Virus record (IMG/VR): IMGVR_UViG_3300008262_000024 | Location: 28,843-92,842 of that record | DNA: 64,000 nt | Strand: one strand, 5' to 3' | From: a virus | Shown here: piece after piece, positions 40,657 to 50,695 of the stretch | How positions within the stretch are numbered: the stretch's first letter is position 1 | Layout: each line of letters begins with the position of its first letter | Program-made: the position numbers and the translations under genes | Notes under the pieces: generated by a model | Databases searched by the model: none | Seen by the model: only the letters and a program-made list of their open reading frames with translations | What the model was told of the DNA's origin: nothing

Positions 40657-43600
40657 TTATCTTACTATTTTATCTATATGCTTAATAATACTAATTATAT
40701 CATTGTTAGATAAACATTCTTGTTCTACAACTACAGGTTCACAAGGATTATCTGTTACAAATGTACCAATATCACCTGATTGAAATTCACCTTCATATGG
40801 AGTTAATACAGGATCTACACCACCACTAAATGTTGTAGTTACATCTACATAATCTGCATATTGACCACCTATAGATTGTGAAGATACATATTCATAAGAA
40901 TATCTAAATACGTGAGTATTAAAATAATCAAAACTAGTAGGTGGTGATTGTATAGTACAAACAGAACTTGATGGATTAAGTAAATTAATTTGAAAGTTAT
41001 TTGGAAATGAATTTGTATTATTAAATATATTAACTAACAATTGTCTACTTAAATAGTTTTGAGGAGTTGAATCAGTATATAAGTTTGAAATTAAGGGAGG
41101 TGGTAAAGGATTTAAACCTGAAGTTAAAACTTCTACTTTAAGTTTTCCTACAGTAGGATCTATACCACCTGAATAAACACCATTAAATACATAATCTCCA
41201 AAATTATAATTATATGATAAAAATTGAGAATTATATGCCCAATTACCTGTTCCATATTGTGGAGAAGTTGTTGGTTGTAATGGTGATCTAAATCTAACTT
41301 TTGAGGTAGTTATTTGATTTACTCCACCTGTAAATGGTATTTGTTTAATTAACGTAGGTGGAAAACTTTGTCCTCCTGCAAAAATAGCACCAGTAATAGG
41401 AGAATCAGCCCAATTAGCAGTTGTTAGATATGTAGTACTATTTATTACAACACTACCTGCATTATATGGTGGAGTATTAATTGTAGTTATTCTAATAGGA
41501 ACACCGTTAAACGATCCTCCTGTAAATGGAGGAGCAGTTACTGTTACTACACTACCAACTTTTGTTGCAGTTAATCCTGTTCCAGAATTATTAATATTAA
41601 GAGCAACAATTGTTGCAAGTATTGAAGGTGTTATAGCACTGTTTATTTGAACATCAGCTATAGTTCCTAAACCTGATATAGATAATTGAAAATGAGTAAA
41701 TGTTGCCACATTTCCAAATGTTAATATATTTGTTGCAGAAACATATGTATGCTTTTGTATTTTAAATAATTTATTATTATAAGCAACTTCTTGACCTGTA
41801 GGAGAAACTAATGTAATTGTTGTTGGATTTATAGTAGGTGAAGAACTTATTGATGATAATCCTAAAGGATTAAGTGATGCAATATCATTTTTAAGATTTA
41901 ATATCATTTGATTATAAGAAGGTAAAACTCCACTAGCAGGTGCTTGATATTTTCCTATATATGTATTATCTATATATGCTCTTATTTCTTCACCATTAGA
42001 AATAGTTGCAGTAGTTAATTCAGTAATAAAATTATTAGATGAAATTGATGGTTGTGGTGGAATAATTGCACCAGGTCCTATATATTGTGCAGTATAATTA
42101 AAAGGGTTATTGGCATTAAAATCTGGTACAAGACCATTTTGTATTTCTGAACCATTTGGATAATTATAACTATCTAAAGGTTTTAAAAATATAGTACCAA
42201 CTGCACTATCACTTATTTCAAACTGTTTTGAATTAGCATCAATACCTCCAGTCATAACTGCAGAAGGACTAAACCAATCTGAATAATCATTACTTTGATA
42301 ACCTATATATAATTGAAAAGTATAATTATTATATGTACTACAAACTAATGATTCTGGTAATGTAAATGGTGAAGGATATACTATTAACATTTGATTATTT
42401 GAAACAGATACATTAAATCCAAAAGGTGGATTAACATTTATAGGATTAGAATTAATATCAGCTGCTATATCAGCAAACGATGAATAATTTGTATAAACTC
42501 CATTAGTTATACTTAATGGAGGATTTACATTATCTGTTATAAATAATGTATAAAAACAAGTTGTATCATCAATACCACCTGAATATGTATCACTTGTAGA
42601 ATAAGTAGGTCCTGTTGTAGAGTAAGTTAATGTAGTTCCATTAAATGCAGATCCTGTTGTTGAAGGTGCTTCTATTCTTATTAATGTATTAGTAATTGGT
42701 GCAAGTATAATTGAAGCTGAATAACCAAAAGCGTTGGTATTATTAAAATCAGTAACAAAATCTTGCACAGAATTAAATGGTGGAGATGTTATATTATATA
42801 TAACACCATTTGTTGTATCAGTTACAGTTACATCTACTGGTTTTGGTAATACACCTCCTGAAAATATACCAACTTCATTAATATAAGGAGGTGTTGCTCC
42901 AGTGTAAATTATAGTAATATGATTTCCATTATAATCTTGAGTGTTTAAAGGACTTTCTATTTCAAATAAAGAATATCCAACATTAGTTGATGGTCCTACA
43001 TAAGTCATTACAAAACCATTACCGTTGTTATTATTAAAATCAGTAACTAATGCTGCAGGATTAGCATATGGTCCTACATGAGTAAACATTGTAACAGCAT
43101 TAACTGGTACACAATTTAAACAACTATACCAAAAAGATTTATTTGATGGATTTAATGTACCAAACATTGCTTCATCTTCTACTTCAATAGTCATAGAAGC
43201 TTTTACATGATTAGTACTAAAACTATTACTTGGAATTAATATATCTACATGAGCAGGTGTATTACTTGTAATAAATGGTTGTGGTGGTCCAGAAGTTATT
43301 AAAGCTTGTGCTTGTTTACCACCTATAAATGTATTAGCTATATCAACATCTATACTAGCTCTTGTACCTGTAGGTACAAAATTCTGAGGAATGAATGTTG
43401 TATTAATTGTAGAATCAACTCCACCTTCATACTGATTAAATTCAACTACATATCCACTATAATTAGTTCCATCAAAAGGAGTTATCATTGTATACTGAGT
43501 ACCATCATAAAACAATATCCAATCTGTAGGACCATTAGTATTCCAATGATTAACTATAGCTTCAGGATCATCTATAATAGCTACAGGTATTGTTAATGTA

Positions 43601-44187
43601 TGTAACATTGTTGAAGCAGGAGGAGGTGTGTATACTGTAATATTACCATCCCAAGTACCATAAAAATTATCTATTGTTACAGGAATACCTGTTACTTCTT
43701 CAACAAGTGCTTCTTCAATAGGTGATATAGTACCAGGTGTAAAACTACAATCTGATGTAAAATTAACATCATCTAATGTTAAAACATAAGGTAATGTTGT
43801 ACTTGGATCTATAAGTGTTGAAAATTTAATTACAATCTTTTTATTATTACTATCATAATAATAAGTAAAAGGATAATTAATACTATTAAAATACATACCA
43901 CCAGTATCATCACAATTAAACTGAATTTTAGCTTCAGTTAATTCTGATAAATCATTTAACAATACAGTATATTCTCCTTCAACACAACAACTACAAGTAA
44001 TTGTAGAACCCACTATATTAAAGTTTTTTAGTATTTCTACATACTTTCTAAGTAGTCTTGCTTGTTTTAAAAGACATTCATTGTTTATACCTATTGCTAA
44101 ACCTCCGTAATACTTAATTGTTTTTAAAGCTAAATTATAATAAGCTTTAATAATAGCAGTCTGTATTTTTAATGGTGTTAGTATCAT
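40657..44187 (-). CDS. Large tail appendage / tail-hub-B-like protein with about 8 internal beta-domain repeats
   Basis: Helical Cys-containing N- and C-termini (CSCC; CLSNNDIISIIKHIDKI) flank repeats ending in [FYM][ST]GG[IV]D. Confidence 0.55.
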   Translation of the reverse strand: MILTPLKIQTAIIKAYYNLALKTIKYYGGLAIGINNECLLKQARLLRKYVEILKNFNIVGSTITCSCCVEGEYTVLLNDLSELTEAKIQFNCDDTGGMYFNSINYPFTYYYDSNNKKIVIKFSTLIDPSTTLPYVLTLDDVNFTSDCSFTPGTISPIEEALVEEVTGIPVTIDNFYGTWDGNITVYTPPPASTMLHTLTIPVAIIDDPEAIVNHWNTNGPTDWILFYDGTQYTMITPFDGTNYSGYVVEFNQYEGGVDSTINTTFIPQNFVPTGTRASIDVDIANTFIGGKQAQALITSGPPQPFITSNTPAHVDILIPSNSFSTNHVKASMTIEVEDEAMFGTLNPSNKSFWYSCLNCVPVNAVTMFTHVGPYANPAALVTDFNNNNGNGFVMTYVGPSTNVGYSLFEIESPLNTQDYNGNHITIIYTGATPPYINEVGIFSGGVLPKPVDVTVTDTTNGVIYNITSPPFNSVQDFVTDFNNTNAFGYSASIILAPITNTLIRIEAPSTTGSAFNGTTLTYSTTGPTYSTSDTYSGGIDDTTCFYTLFITDNVNPPLSITNGVYTNYSSFADIAADINSNPINVNPPFGFNVSVSNNQMLIVYPSPFTLPESLVCSTYNNYTFQLYIGYQSNDYSDWFSPSAVMTGGIDANSKQFEISDSAVGTIFLKPLDSYNYPNGSEIQNGLVPDFNANNPFNYTAQYIGPGAIIPPQPSISSNNFITELTTATISNGEEIRAYIDNTYIGKYQAPASGVLPSYNQMILNLKNDIASLNPLGLSSISSSPTINPTTITLVSPTGQEVAYNNKLFKIQKHTYVSATNILTFGNVATFTHFQLSISGLGTIADVQINSAITPSILATIVALNINNSGTGLTATKVGSVVTVTAPPFTGGSFNGVPIRITTINTPPYNAGSVVINSTTYLTTANWADSPITGAIFAGGQSFPPTLIKQIPFTGGVNQITTSKVRFRSPLQPTTSPQYGTGNWAYNSQFLSYNYNFGDYVFNGVYSGGIDPTVGKLKVEVLTSGLNPLPPPLISNLYTDSTPQNYLSRQLLVNIFNNTNSFPNNFQINLLNPSSSVCTIQSPPTSFDYFNTHVFRYSYEYVSSQSIGGQYADYVDVTTTFSGGVDPVLTPYEGEFQSGDIGTFVTDNPCEPVVVEQECLSNNDIISIIKHIDKIVR

Positions 44188-44774
44188 ATTGTATATTGAA
44201 TCATTAAATTATATGTAAAAGTATCTGAATTTATTGCAGCTGTTTCAAAATATACATAAGCATTAAATCCTCCAGGTTGACTTTCTGCAGACATTTTTAT
44301 TGGTGTTTGAGTACCACTATAATTTAACAAACCACCAACTCCACATAATTGTAAATTATCATTAAATACTGAAGGAGGAGGTATTGGTAAACTTAAATTA
44401 TAACTTAAAGAACTAATTCCTGAAAAAATAATTTGAATTCTACAAGTACATGTGACAACGTTACCAACTACACTGTATCTACCTGTATTAGGTATAAATG
44501 TTGCACCACTAGGTCCTGTAATAGTACCTGTCCATGAACCAGATAATCCACCAATTAAATCCCATACTGCAGCATTTAATGTATTATCTGAACATATATA
44601 AAAGTTACTTGTAGTTTCATCAAACCAAGTAGAACCTACTACATATCCTTCAGATACATCATTAGTTGTTGTTGGTGCAGCTTGTTGTACATTAATTGTA
44701 CTTATTCCTGAAGGACCAGGAGGCCCTTGTGGTCCTGGAGGACCTATTGGTAATTCTGAATTATAACATGCCAT
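44184..44774 (-). CDS. Collagen-repeat fibre protein
   Basis: GPPGPQGPPGPSG, GYVVGSTW and a GRYSVVGNVVT receptor-binding-like C-domain. Confidence 0.75.
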   Translation of the reverse strand: MACYNSELPIGPPGPQGPPGPSGISTINVQQAAPTTTNDVSEGYVVGSTWFDETTSNFYICSDNTLNAAVWDLIGGLSGSWTGTITGPSGATFIPNTGRYSVVGNVVTCTCRIQIIFSGISSLSYNLSLPIPPPSVFNDNLQLCGVGGLLNYSGTQTPIKMSAESQPGGFNAYVYFETAAINSDTFTYNLMIQYTI

Positions 44775-44778
44775 AGTT

Positions 44779-45975
44779 TTATATATTAAGTGTTATTGAA
44801 TAAGTGTATACAATTAAATCTCCATCTCCTGCAAGAGGATCACCTGTTCTTGTAGAAAGTTGAAGAGAATAATTAGGAGTAATTCTAACATGAGGAGTAC
44901 CTACAGATGCAGGTGGAAGAAAATCAATACCTGTTACAGTAAATCCTAAACAGTTTTTTGATGCAACTAATTCTGTTGCAGCAGGTCCAGTATATTCAAT
45001 ATCAATTGTAGTATTTGTAGTATATGCTGTTGAACCATACTTATATCTTAATACAAACATTATAGGAACTTCAACTTCTGTTAATGAACCTGATGCAGGA
45101 AGTAATGTAATTGGAGTTGTATTAGAAGTTAATAATTGTCCTGAAGTAATGTAAGTTTCAGTAAAATTTATTCCTTTAAAATTAACTCCAAAATTATTTA
45201 ATGATAAATATGATGCTACAAACTCCTTTATAGAATTATCATATGTAACAACTTTACCATCATCACCAGATCCTAAACCTGTAGTATCTAATTTTTCTAA
45301 TGGTACATTTTTATTAATATAAGTTGATACATATGATGATGTAGTAGCATTATATTCAGCGTATACTTCTACTCCACCATTTAAACAATCATAAGCTGAT
45401 ATACTATGTCCAAATACAGTAAATGTATTTGAGCCTATTGTAATACCACCTGATATAACTACTCTTATTGATGAACCATCAGTAACACTTAATGGTGGTG
45501 TACCTGTTGTTGTAGAACCACTAACTGTATAATTAGATGATAAAGTAACAGCTGGACTTGCAGTTAACACATATGTTCTTTTATCTTCACCTGGACTTAT
45601 TACAAGTGTACCACCAATTGAAGGTACATTAACTGTAGTTACTCCAAAAACTTCTTGTGGTCTTTCACTAAAATCAGGAAAATATTGTAATGTATATCCT
45701 GAACCATCATACATTAATTCAAATGTTCCAGGTTGATTTATTTGATCTTGAGGTAATTGTATACCACCAATAGTTACTGTAAATCCATTTAATAATACAT
45801 TAGCTTGCCATCTAATTGTTGTTTTTACAAAAGGAAATAATGGTACTATTGGTACTATAGAAAATGATGATGTTAAAGCTATTGTTGTAGAACTATTTAC
45901 TAAAATAAAACTACCAGTTCCAACATTTAAAGTTCCTCCTGATGTTGTTATATTATATAATATATATTTTTCCAT
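44779..45975 (-). CDS. Virion fibre/structural protein
   Basis: Thr/Ser/Gly-rich beta composition within the fibre cluster; duplicated N-terminal domain. Confidence 0.6.
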   Translation of the reverse strand: MEKYILYNITTSGGTLNVGTGSFILVNSSTTIALTSSFSIVPIVPLFPFVKTTIRWQANVLLNGFTVTIGGIQLPQDQINQPGTFELMYDGSGYTLQYFPDFSERPQEVFGVTTVNVPSIGGTLVISPGEDKRTYVLTASPAVTLSSNYTVSGSTTTGTPPLSVTDGSSIRVVISGGITIGSNTFTVFGHSISAYDCLNGGVEVYAEYNATTSSYVSTYINKNVPLEKLDTTGLGSGDDGKVVTYDNSIKEFVASYLSLNNFGVNFKGINFTETYITSGQLLTSNTTPITLLPASGSLTEVEVPIMFVLRYKYGSTAYTTNTTIDIEYTGPAATELVASKNCLGFTVTGIDFLPPASVGTPHVRITPNYSLQLSTRTGDPLAGDGDLIVYTYSITLNI

Positions 45976-45980
45976 TTGAT

Positions 45981-46877
45981 TTAATTTTTTAATTTTTCAA
46001 TATAAAACATTTTACCTTGAGTAAAAACATTTGCTGCAGGAGAATTTTGAGTCAAAAATACTTTTAATTTTATAGTAACTGTTGTTGTAAAATCAATTGT
46101 TATAGTATTTGTAGGTTCATAAACAACTGTAGTTGGTACATTTGAACCATTACCAATACATTTTACTATATAATTTGCAGATGTACTTGTTAATCTAATA
46201 ATATCTAATTGTAAATTAGCATATGACCTAGAATTAGCAGTTTCATCAATTTCTATAATTGGTTGTTGTAAATAAACTCCTTGTGTATTAGCAACATCAA
46301 CTCCATTTATTTCAAATATAAATTTAGCTGTTGAAGAAACTCCAAGTCCAGCAAGTGATGTATTATTTGTTTGATAAGCTAAAACACTTGATGTAACTTT
46401 ACCAATATCTAAATTATTTTCACATAAATCAGAACCATTTATTGTAGCAGTATACAAAGTTACCCAAAATCCAGTAGTAGTTGTAGGTGCAGAGTTTCCA
46501 GTAGAATAAACTAAAAAAGTACCATTTAAACCTGCAGGTCCTGTTAAATTTCCAATAAAAACCCAAGCACCTGATTGTTGTTCATAATAATCACCATTAG
46601 AAGTATTTAAATAATAATCACCATCATTATATAATGTAGTTGGTGCAACTGCACCATTATACCATACAGAACCAGGATCTCCTTGTGGTATTATAAAATC
46701 AAATATTGCAGCATTTTGAGTACCTGAATTAGTTACTGCTGCAGGTGAACCAGTATTTACATTTCCTATTGATATAGTAGCAGCAGTTCCACTATCTCCT
46801 TGTGGTCCTGGAACTCCTTGAGGTCCTCTTGGTATTGTTGCTGAGTTGCAATTACAATTGCCTGAACATGAACACAT
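45981..46877 (-). CDS. Collagen-repeat fibre protein
   Basis: MCSCSGNCNCN start, RGPQGVPGPQGDSG, FDFIIPQGDPG and DGDYYLNTSNGD fibre motifs. Confidence 0.78.
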   Translation of the reverse strand: MCSCSGNCNCNSATIPRGPQGVPGPQGDSGTAATISIGNVNTGSPAAVTNSGTQNAAIFDFIIPQGDPGSVWYNGAVAPTTLYNDGDYYLNTSNGDYYEQQSGAWVFIGNLTGPAGLNGTFLVYSTGNSAPTTTTGFWVTLYTATINGSDLCENNLDIGKVTSSVLAYQTNNTSLAGLGVSSTAKFIFEINGVDVANTQGVYLQQPIIEIDETANSRSYANLQLDIIRLTSTSANYIVKCIGNGSNVPTTVVYEPTNTITIDFTTTVTIKLKVFLTQNSPAANVFTQGKMFYIEKLKN

Positions 46878-46891
46878 ATTATTTTAGTTTT

Positions 46892-47500
46892 TTAATTGCA
46901 ACCACAACCACAGTCACCTGTAGTTTGATTACATAGTCTTTGAAGTTTTGTTAATAGTTTAGTAAATTCAGCAGTTCCTTTAGATTCTGCTACAGCTTTT
47001 AATGCTTGCAATATACCATCAGCAATTAAAAAATCATCATAAGCTTGAGAATCACAATCATTACATAATAATTCTTGAGCTACTTTAGCTGCAAGTTTAG
47101 ATACACAACATGCTACATTACAATAGACCATAAATTGTGTTTCAGTTTGATAAACATTATCATTATTATCTGTAATACTGTAAACTATATTATAATATCC
47201 ATCTTGAAGAGCATAAGTACCTGCTGAAGTAAGAGGTAAATACTCATATAAATCAAAAGATGGAAAAACTGCAGATTGTATATTTCCCAATACAGAAGTA
47301 GTAACTACAGGTTGATCATTAAATGATATAGATATAGTTGCATCAGTTACATATGGTGAACCTGCATTAGTTCTCCATAATGTACTATTATCATTCCAAC
47401 CATAAGGATTTGTAGTAGAGTTATAAAAACTAGTAGTATCTGTAATGACGATTTTAGTACAATCTACAAGACATGCTGATATTGTTGGTATAAATGCCAT
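46892..47500 (-). CDS. Tail hub-like structural protein
   Basis: LQDGYYNIVY motif and a helical C-terminus ending DCGCGCN; follows the auxiliary capsid gene as in crAss-like phages. Confidence 0.6.
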   Translation of the reverse strand: MAFIPTISACLVDCTKIVITDTTSFYNSTTNPYGWNDNSTLWRTNAGSPYVTDATISISFNDQPVVTTSVLGNIQSAVFPSFDLYEYLPLTSAGTYALQDGYYNIVYSITDNNDNVYQTETQFMVYCNVACCVSKLAAKVAQELLCNDCDSQAYDDFLIADGILQALKAVAESKGTAEFTKLLTKLQRLCNQTTGDCGCGCN

Positions 47501-47523
47501 TTGTATATAAAATTTTATTTAAA

Positions 47524-47568
47524 CAAAAATAGTGAAAAACCAAGTTCTAAAACTAGGTCCTTCACTAT
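47524..47568 (-). terminator. Rho-independent terminator after the auxiliary capsid gene, overlapping a TATTTTTG promoter
   Basis: ATAGTGAA (47529-47536) / TTCACTAT (47561-47568) inverted repeat followed by a U-tract on the minus strand. Confidence 0.65.
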
Positions 47569-47591
47569 CTCTGTTTAGGTTGTTAATTGGA

Positions 47592-48869
47592 TTAACCGCA
47601 ATCGCAAGTACCTGAAACTGGTTTAAATCCTGCACCAGCTACCCAAGTATCAAGAGTAGTTAAAATATCTGCACCTTGATTATTACAAGAATCTTCAATG
47701 TAGAAAATTGCAGAACCCTTGTTTTCACCAGCACCAATGAGTGAAGGAAGCTTGTTTAACCATCCTAATATAGCTACATCATATGTACCATTAGGATCAG
47801 CATCTTGCTCACGGAACAATGGTGGAACTTGGTCTACAAATACCTGACCTTCATCACCCCAAGAAATGTATTCATCATTAGCAGCTTGCTCATAAACACC
47901 TACACCATCAAATGCAGCAGTAGTTGTAACAGGAGTTGTTACAGTACCACTTACAAATGCATCATTAATAAACGGATTAAATCTAACTTTGTCATACTGT
48001 CTCCAACGATTAACATCATACTTTTGTTTGATACCTTCAATCTTAATACCCCAATTATTAGTAGTAGGAGTAACACTAAATACTTGTGTATCAAGATAAG
48101 TTGCACTTTCTCCTTGAAAAGCATAATCTAAAATAATAGTATATGTACCTGCAACACCAGAAAATCCAGTAACTACTTTATAAATAGAAGTATTAGTTGC
48201 AGATGATCCAAATCTAAGATATGTTCCTGAAGTAATAGCAGCAGGACCAGTAGTTGTTATTGTAACAGCTTTTGAATATTTAGTTACTTTTAAATCTACA
48301 ATGTCAGTATCAATTGCAGCAGTACTTGTACTACCATTTACTGTTGATGAAAATACTCTCCAATCAGTAGTTCTATTTGGTTTAAAGTTTTGAATTAAAG
48401 ATTTTACAAGACCTGTAGCAATTTCTTCTTCAGTAGCAGATCCATCTGATTTATAAGTACCATACTTGTAGTTAGCAGGACGCTTACCATAAGCAAATGA
48501 GTTAGGTACATGCTCAAGTTTAATTTCATAGAAAGTATCATTGTTAGTAGCAATTGAACCTGTAGTACCATTGTAACCAATAAAAGATGTTTGTTCAGTA
48601 GCAGCTTGGTAACAAGCAGCAGAATATGCAATTATATCAGCAATGTTTAATCTTACTTGTTGAAGTGGAAGATTAGCACCACGATCTTTTACAATCTTAA
48701 TTGTAGAGTAATCATTAACATTACTAGAATTAAGTACATTGTTACTAACATCTGTTACTACTACAGTTCCAGTAGCAGCTGCACCAGGAGTCATTTTTGT
48801 AGCTGTGGTCACTGCCAAATCAGGTACAATAAATACACTCTTGATATTATTTTTTGAATCTAAAGCCAT
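47592..48869 (-). CDS. Auxiliary capsid (decoration) protein
   Basis: 425 aa, Thr/Ala-rich; own promoter and terminator; position after the ring gene; AFDGVGVYEQ resembles the crAss auxiliary capsid motif. Confidence 0.65.
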   Translation of the reverse strand: MALDSKNNIKSVFIVPDLAVTTATKMTPGAAATGTVVVTDVSNNVLNSSNVNDYSTIKIVKDRGANLPLQQVRLNIADIIAYSAACYQAATEQTSFIGYNGTTGSIATNNDTFYEIKLEHVPNSFAYGKRPANYKYGTYKSDGSATEEEIATGLVKSLIQNFKPNRTTDWRVFSSTVNGSTSTAAIDTDIVDLKVTKYSKAVTITTTGPAAITSGTYLRFGSSATNTSIYKVVTGFSGVAGTYTIILDYAFQGESATYLDTQVFSVTPTTNNWGIKIEGIKQKYDVNRWRQYDKVRFNPFINDAFVSGTVTTPVTTTAAFDGVGVYEQAANDEYISWGDEGQVFVDQVPPLFREQDADPNGTYDVAILGWLNKLPSLIGAGENKGSAIFYIEDSCNNQGADILTTLDTWVAGAGFKPVSGTCDCG

Positions 48870-48907
48870 TTTTTTAAAATGTTAAATTGTTGTTAATTTT
48901 TGTTTTA

Positions 48908-48915
48908 CAAATATA
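48908..48915 (-). promoter_or_regulatory. Bacteroidota -7 promoter element TATATTTG
   Basis: Intergenic match to TAnnTTTG upstream of the auxiliary capsid gene. Confidence 0.7.
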
Positions 48916-48924
48916 TTATTTTTT

Positions 48925-49677
48925 TTATTCCAAAACATCTGCTGTGAGTTGGTTAATTGGTATTTGTTCTCTTACTGCAGCAGACAGTAATTTTACAGCA
49001 ATATCACAAATTCCTTGATGAGTTAGAGGATCTAATTCACAATTAACTTGTGATGATGGTGTATTTAAGTTTACTACTATATCACTTGGGTATTTTAAAT
49101 ATCTCAAATAATATTGAGTTACATTAAATACTCCATCAGTAATAATTCCATGTATTTTTCTCTCAACATTGTTGACAGTTTTTTTACCATGTTCTAGTCT
49201 CCACACAATACCTTCATCACCATTACAATATGGTTTTTTATAAGGATTAGCATAACCTAAATTATACTCATCATGTGTAATTGGAACAATCATTATTCTG
49301 TCATACATATTAGTAGTTCCACACATAGGAATATTTGTAGTACAAGATTCATATATAGGAAGCATAAAATCAGTAGGCAATGCCCAGAGAGTTTCTCCAG
49401 GCAATGCACCTACTTGATTGACACCATTAGTTGTGGGAGGAGTAGTAGACTCTTGAGAGTCCTTTACTAAAGCTGATAAACCTTGGATTCTTATTTCAGT
49501 TTCTTCAAACCCTTCCATATTTCTGTTACTCTTAGGGTTCAACCTTTGAAGAATATAGTACCATTGTGCTTTAGTTAAAAGTATACTAGCTTCAGGATCA
49601 ACAAACCCAGGTGCACTTTGTGAATAAAGTGCATCATAAGTCACTAGTACATTTTCCCACATTTGGTTAGCTGTCAT
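48925..49677 (-). CDS. Tail ring protein (crAss conserved gene 74-like)
   Basis: SAPGF..EASILLTKAQ, GFEETE, YLRYLKYP and CELDPLTHQGICDIAV motifs. Confidence 0.78.
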   Translation of the reverse strand: MTANQMWENVLVTYDALYSQSAPGFVDPEASILLTKAQWYYILQRLNPKSNRNMEGFEETEIRIQGLSALVKDSQESTTPPTTNGVNQVGALPGETLWALPTDFMLPIYESCTTNIPMCGTTNMYDRIMIVPITHDEYNLGYANPYKKPYCNGDEGIVWRLEHGKKTVNNVERKIHGIITDGVFNVTQYYLRYLKYPSDIVVNLNTPSSQVNCELDPLTHQGICDIAVKLLSAAVREQIPINQLTADVLE

Positions 49678-50629
49678 ATCCTGATTGCTCTTTTAGTCTT
49701 TCTACAATAGCAAAGTTTTCAGGATCTTCAATCCACTTAATAGCTTGTAATTGAGGACCAATATCTTTACCATCTAAGAATTGATATGTTTTTTCTTTAC
49801 TAACAACTAGTGCACCTGCTTTAACTGCTCTCATTAAAAGTAGTTTAGAATCTTTATGAGTATCTTGAACTAGTTTAAGGAAGTTTGTAGGTGAATCATT
49901 AACAATCTTACCCACATAAGCAAACACATAATCATAGTTTGTAGTGTTAGTAATTCTTGAATCATATAACCACATTACTTCTTTAAGTTGTTCAATATCT
50001 GCTTTAATTCTAGCAAACCAAGAGAATGCTTCTAGTTTTGTATTTAGTTCTTGTTTTTCTTGAACTTCAGCTACTTCTTGATCTACAATCATAAATCTGT
50101 AAGTACGCTTTTTGTTCTTTTCAGTAGGAGATGGAGCTACAACATTTTTATTAAGCATTAGAACTTTATACTTAATCATATCCATTGGATTAGATAAATC
50201 CAATACATTAGCTTCATTCTTTAGTTTCACAGTTCCAAGTTTTTGCCAGAAAGTATCAGGGTAAGTATTACCTTTTTCATCTGTTCTTTTCTTGTTAGTG
50301 TCAAGTTCACCTTTATTTAAACCTAACATTCTTTCAAAGAATTCTTGTTCTGTAATTTCTTCATCAGGAAACTGAATAGTTTTTACCTTTTTAATATTGT
50401 CAAGTGGTCTAATAATAAGACCATTCCTTTTACTAATGGGAACTGATAAATATGTGATAGCAGTATTAAACTGATAAGCACCATTGGTTTTATCTTTACC
50501 ATCCTCAGTAATTTGGTATTTATAAGACCAACTATTAGGTCTTACAATAGGTACTACTTTTACTACTTTATCTATTAGAAAGTTTTCCAACTGTTCTGTT
50601 TCTACTTGTTCAATTGTCTTTTTAGCCAT
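49667..50629 (-). CDS. Conserved crAss protein downstream of the major capsid gene (gene 75-like); start revised to ATG 50629
   Basis: FW..V.L..LDLSNPMDMIKYKVL motif. A TAACTTTG promoter at 50645-50652 overlaps the TTG start in the ORF track, which favours MAKK at 50629. Confidence 0.75.
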   Translation of the reverse strand: MAKKTIEQVETEQLENFLIDKVVKVVPIVRPNSWSYKYQITEDGKDKTNGAYQFNTAITYLSVPISKRNGLIIRPLDNIKKVKTIQFPDEEITEQEFFERMLGLNKGELDTNKKRTDEKGNTYPDTFWQKLGTVKLKNEANVLDLSNPMDMIKYKVLMLNKNVVAPSPTEKNKKRTYRFMIVDQEVAEVQEKQELNTKLEAFSWFARIKADIEQLKEVMWLYDSRITNTTNYDYVFAYVGKIVNDSPTNFLKLVQDTHKDSKLLLMRAVKAGALVVSKEKTYQFLDGKDIGPQLQAIKWIEDPENFAIVERLKEQSGYDS

Positions 50630-50660
50630 AATTCTTATTTTTTGCAAAGTTATAAATAAT

Positions 50661-50682
50661 GGGGGAGATATTTCACTCCCCC
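50661..50682 (-). terminator. Stem-loop/terminator after the major capsid gene
   Basis: GGGGGAG/CTCCCCC inverted repeat in AT-rich intergenic DNA; the U-tract is weak. Confidence 0.6.
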
Positions 50683-50695
50683 TTTATTTGGTTTA

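Noticed and set aside
40657-44187. Contractile tail sheath, suggested by the GGxD repeats
   Set aside because: No tube, baseplate or tape-measure genes are present; the ring and muzzle genes indicate a short crAss-type tail.
36875-46877. Diversity-generating retroelement or invertible fibre cassette
   Set aside because: No reverse transcriptase, recombinase or template/variable repeat pair was visible in the window; a template elsewhere in the genome cannot be excluded.
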